Positions 63,563 to 64,000 of a stretch of DNA of 64,000 nt are shown piece after piece. Below the pieces are notes generated by a model. That model saw nothing but the letters and a program-made list of their open reading frames with translations, had not been told where the DNA came from and made no database searches. Made by a program: the position numbers and the translations under genes. The DNA comes from Atractiella rhizophila (lineage: Eukaryota). The stretch is from assembly GCA_021432655.1 (NCBI GenBank), contig MU271446.1, positions 1-64,000 of the forward strand, in the 5' to 3' direction. The stretch's first letter is position 1. Each line of letters begins with the position of its first letter.

Positions 63563-64000
63563 CTACTCGTATTCATCGAATCCCTCTTCCTCTACACCCT
63601 CCTCCCAACCGCCTGCGTCTGCTTCCATAGCTTCCTCCTCAACTGGCATTGCACCATGTTCTTGATAATTGACTTCCTCTTCCTCCTCTCCGGCAGCTGA
63701 TGGCAGGGGAGCAGTCGACCCTTTCTTTTGCCTCTCGATCGCGGCGATTACATTGTTGGAATCGAGCATCCCTTCGATGGCTGCATAATTAATCTTTCGA
63801 GAGAACTTTTTGCGCATCATTTCTGTCGCTGCTTCGGCTGCTGTAGTTTGTTGAGTTCCAGCGGCAGCCGGATCGCCAGGTTTGAGCTTTTTCTTGCGCT
63901 ACAATGGGCAACTGTCAGAACCATCTGTGAATCAGAAGAAGGAACGGACAGGTTTTCGTTTCCTCTTCGGTTTATTGATGCCCTCTTCTTCTTCTCGCTG
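63563..64000 (-). CDS. BRF1: 3' exons of BRF1 (TFIIIB subunit), gene continues beyond the window
   Basis: 'KKFSRKINYAAIEGML' and an acidic tail. Mirror image of 57900-58337. Confidence 0.8.

Larger units (their letters stand above)
57900..64000. repeat. Inverted duplication: arms 57900-59839 and 62061-64000 (right arm runs off the window), 2.2-kb spacer
   Basis: Position x pairs with 121900-x at both ends, so there is no net indel. Only two mismatches were noticed by eye. Confidence 0.97.

Overview
Intron-rich fungal genomic DNA with short GT-AG introns of about 50-70 nt. It looks basidiomycete-like, but the lineage is an inference. Apparently intact genes: DUF924 protein, HLJ1/DNAJB12-type J-protein, GNAT, GHITM/Bax-inhibitor, S10 carboxypeptidase, tRNA-Glu(TTC), copper amine oxidase, two MFS transporters, AKR7-like reductase, an SDR, a Zn2Cys6 transcription factor and a Cys-rich membrane protein. 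These are interleaved with unstable accessory DNA. There are three tandem duplications (FunK1 kinase relics, an F-box gene, an NmrA relic) and one near-perfect inverted duplication carrying L-rhamnose dehydrogenase and the 3' end of BRF1. The spacer of that inversion holds a Ty3/gypsy relic interrupted by a solo LTR with a 5-bp TSD. Several genes are broken by a single lesion. The two strongest leads are (1) a tail-to-tail pair at 50.6-51.9 kb, a DUF6036/AbiEii-like nucleotidyltransferase plus a small partner, resembling a bacterial toxin-antitoxin module in a fungus, and (2) a 956-nt first intron of the J-protein gene packed with strand-specific hairpins, suggesting an unannotated ~820-nt intron-encoded RNA. 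All calls come from reading the sequence by eye; no searches were run.
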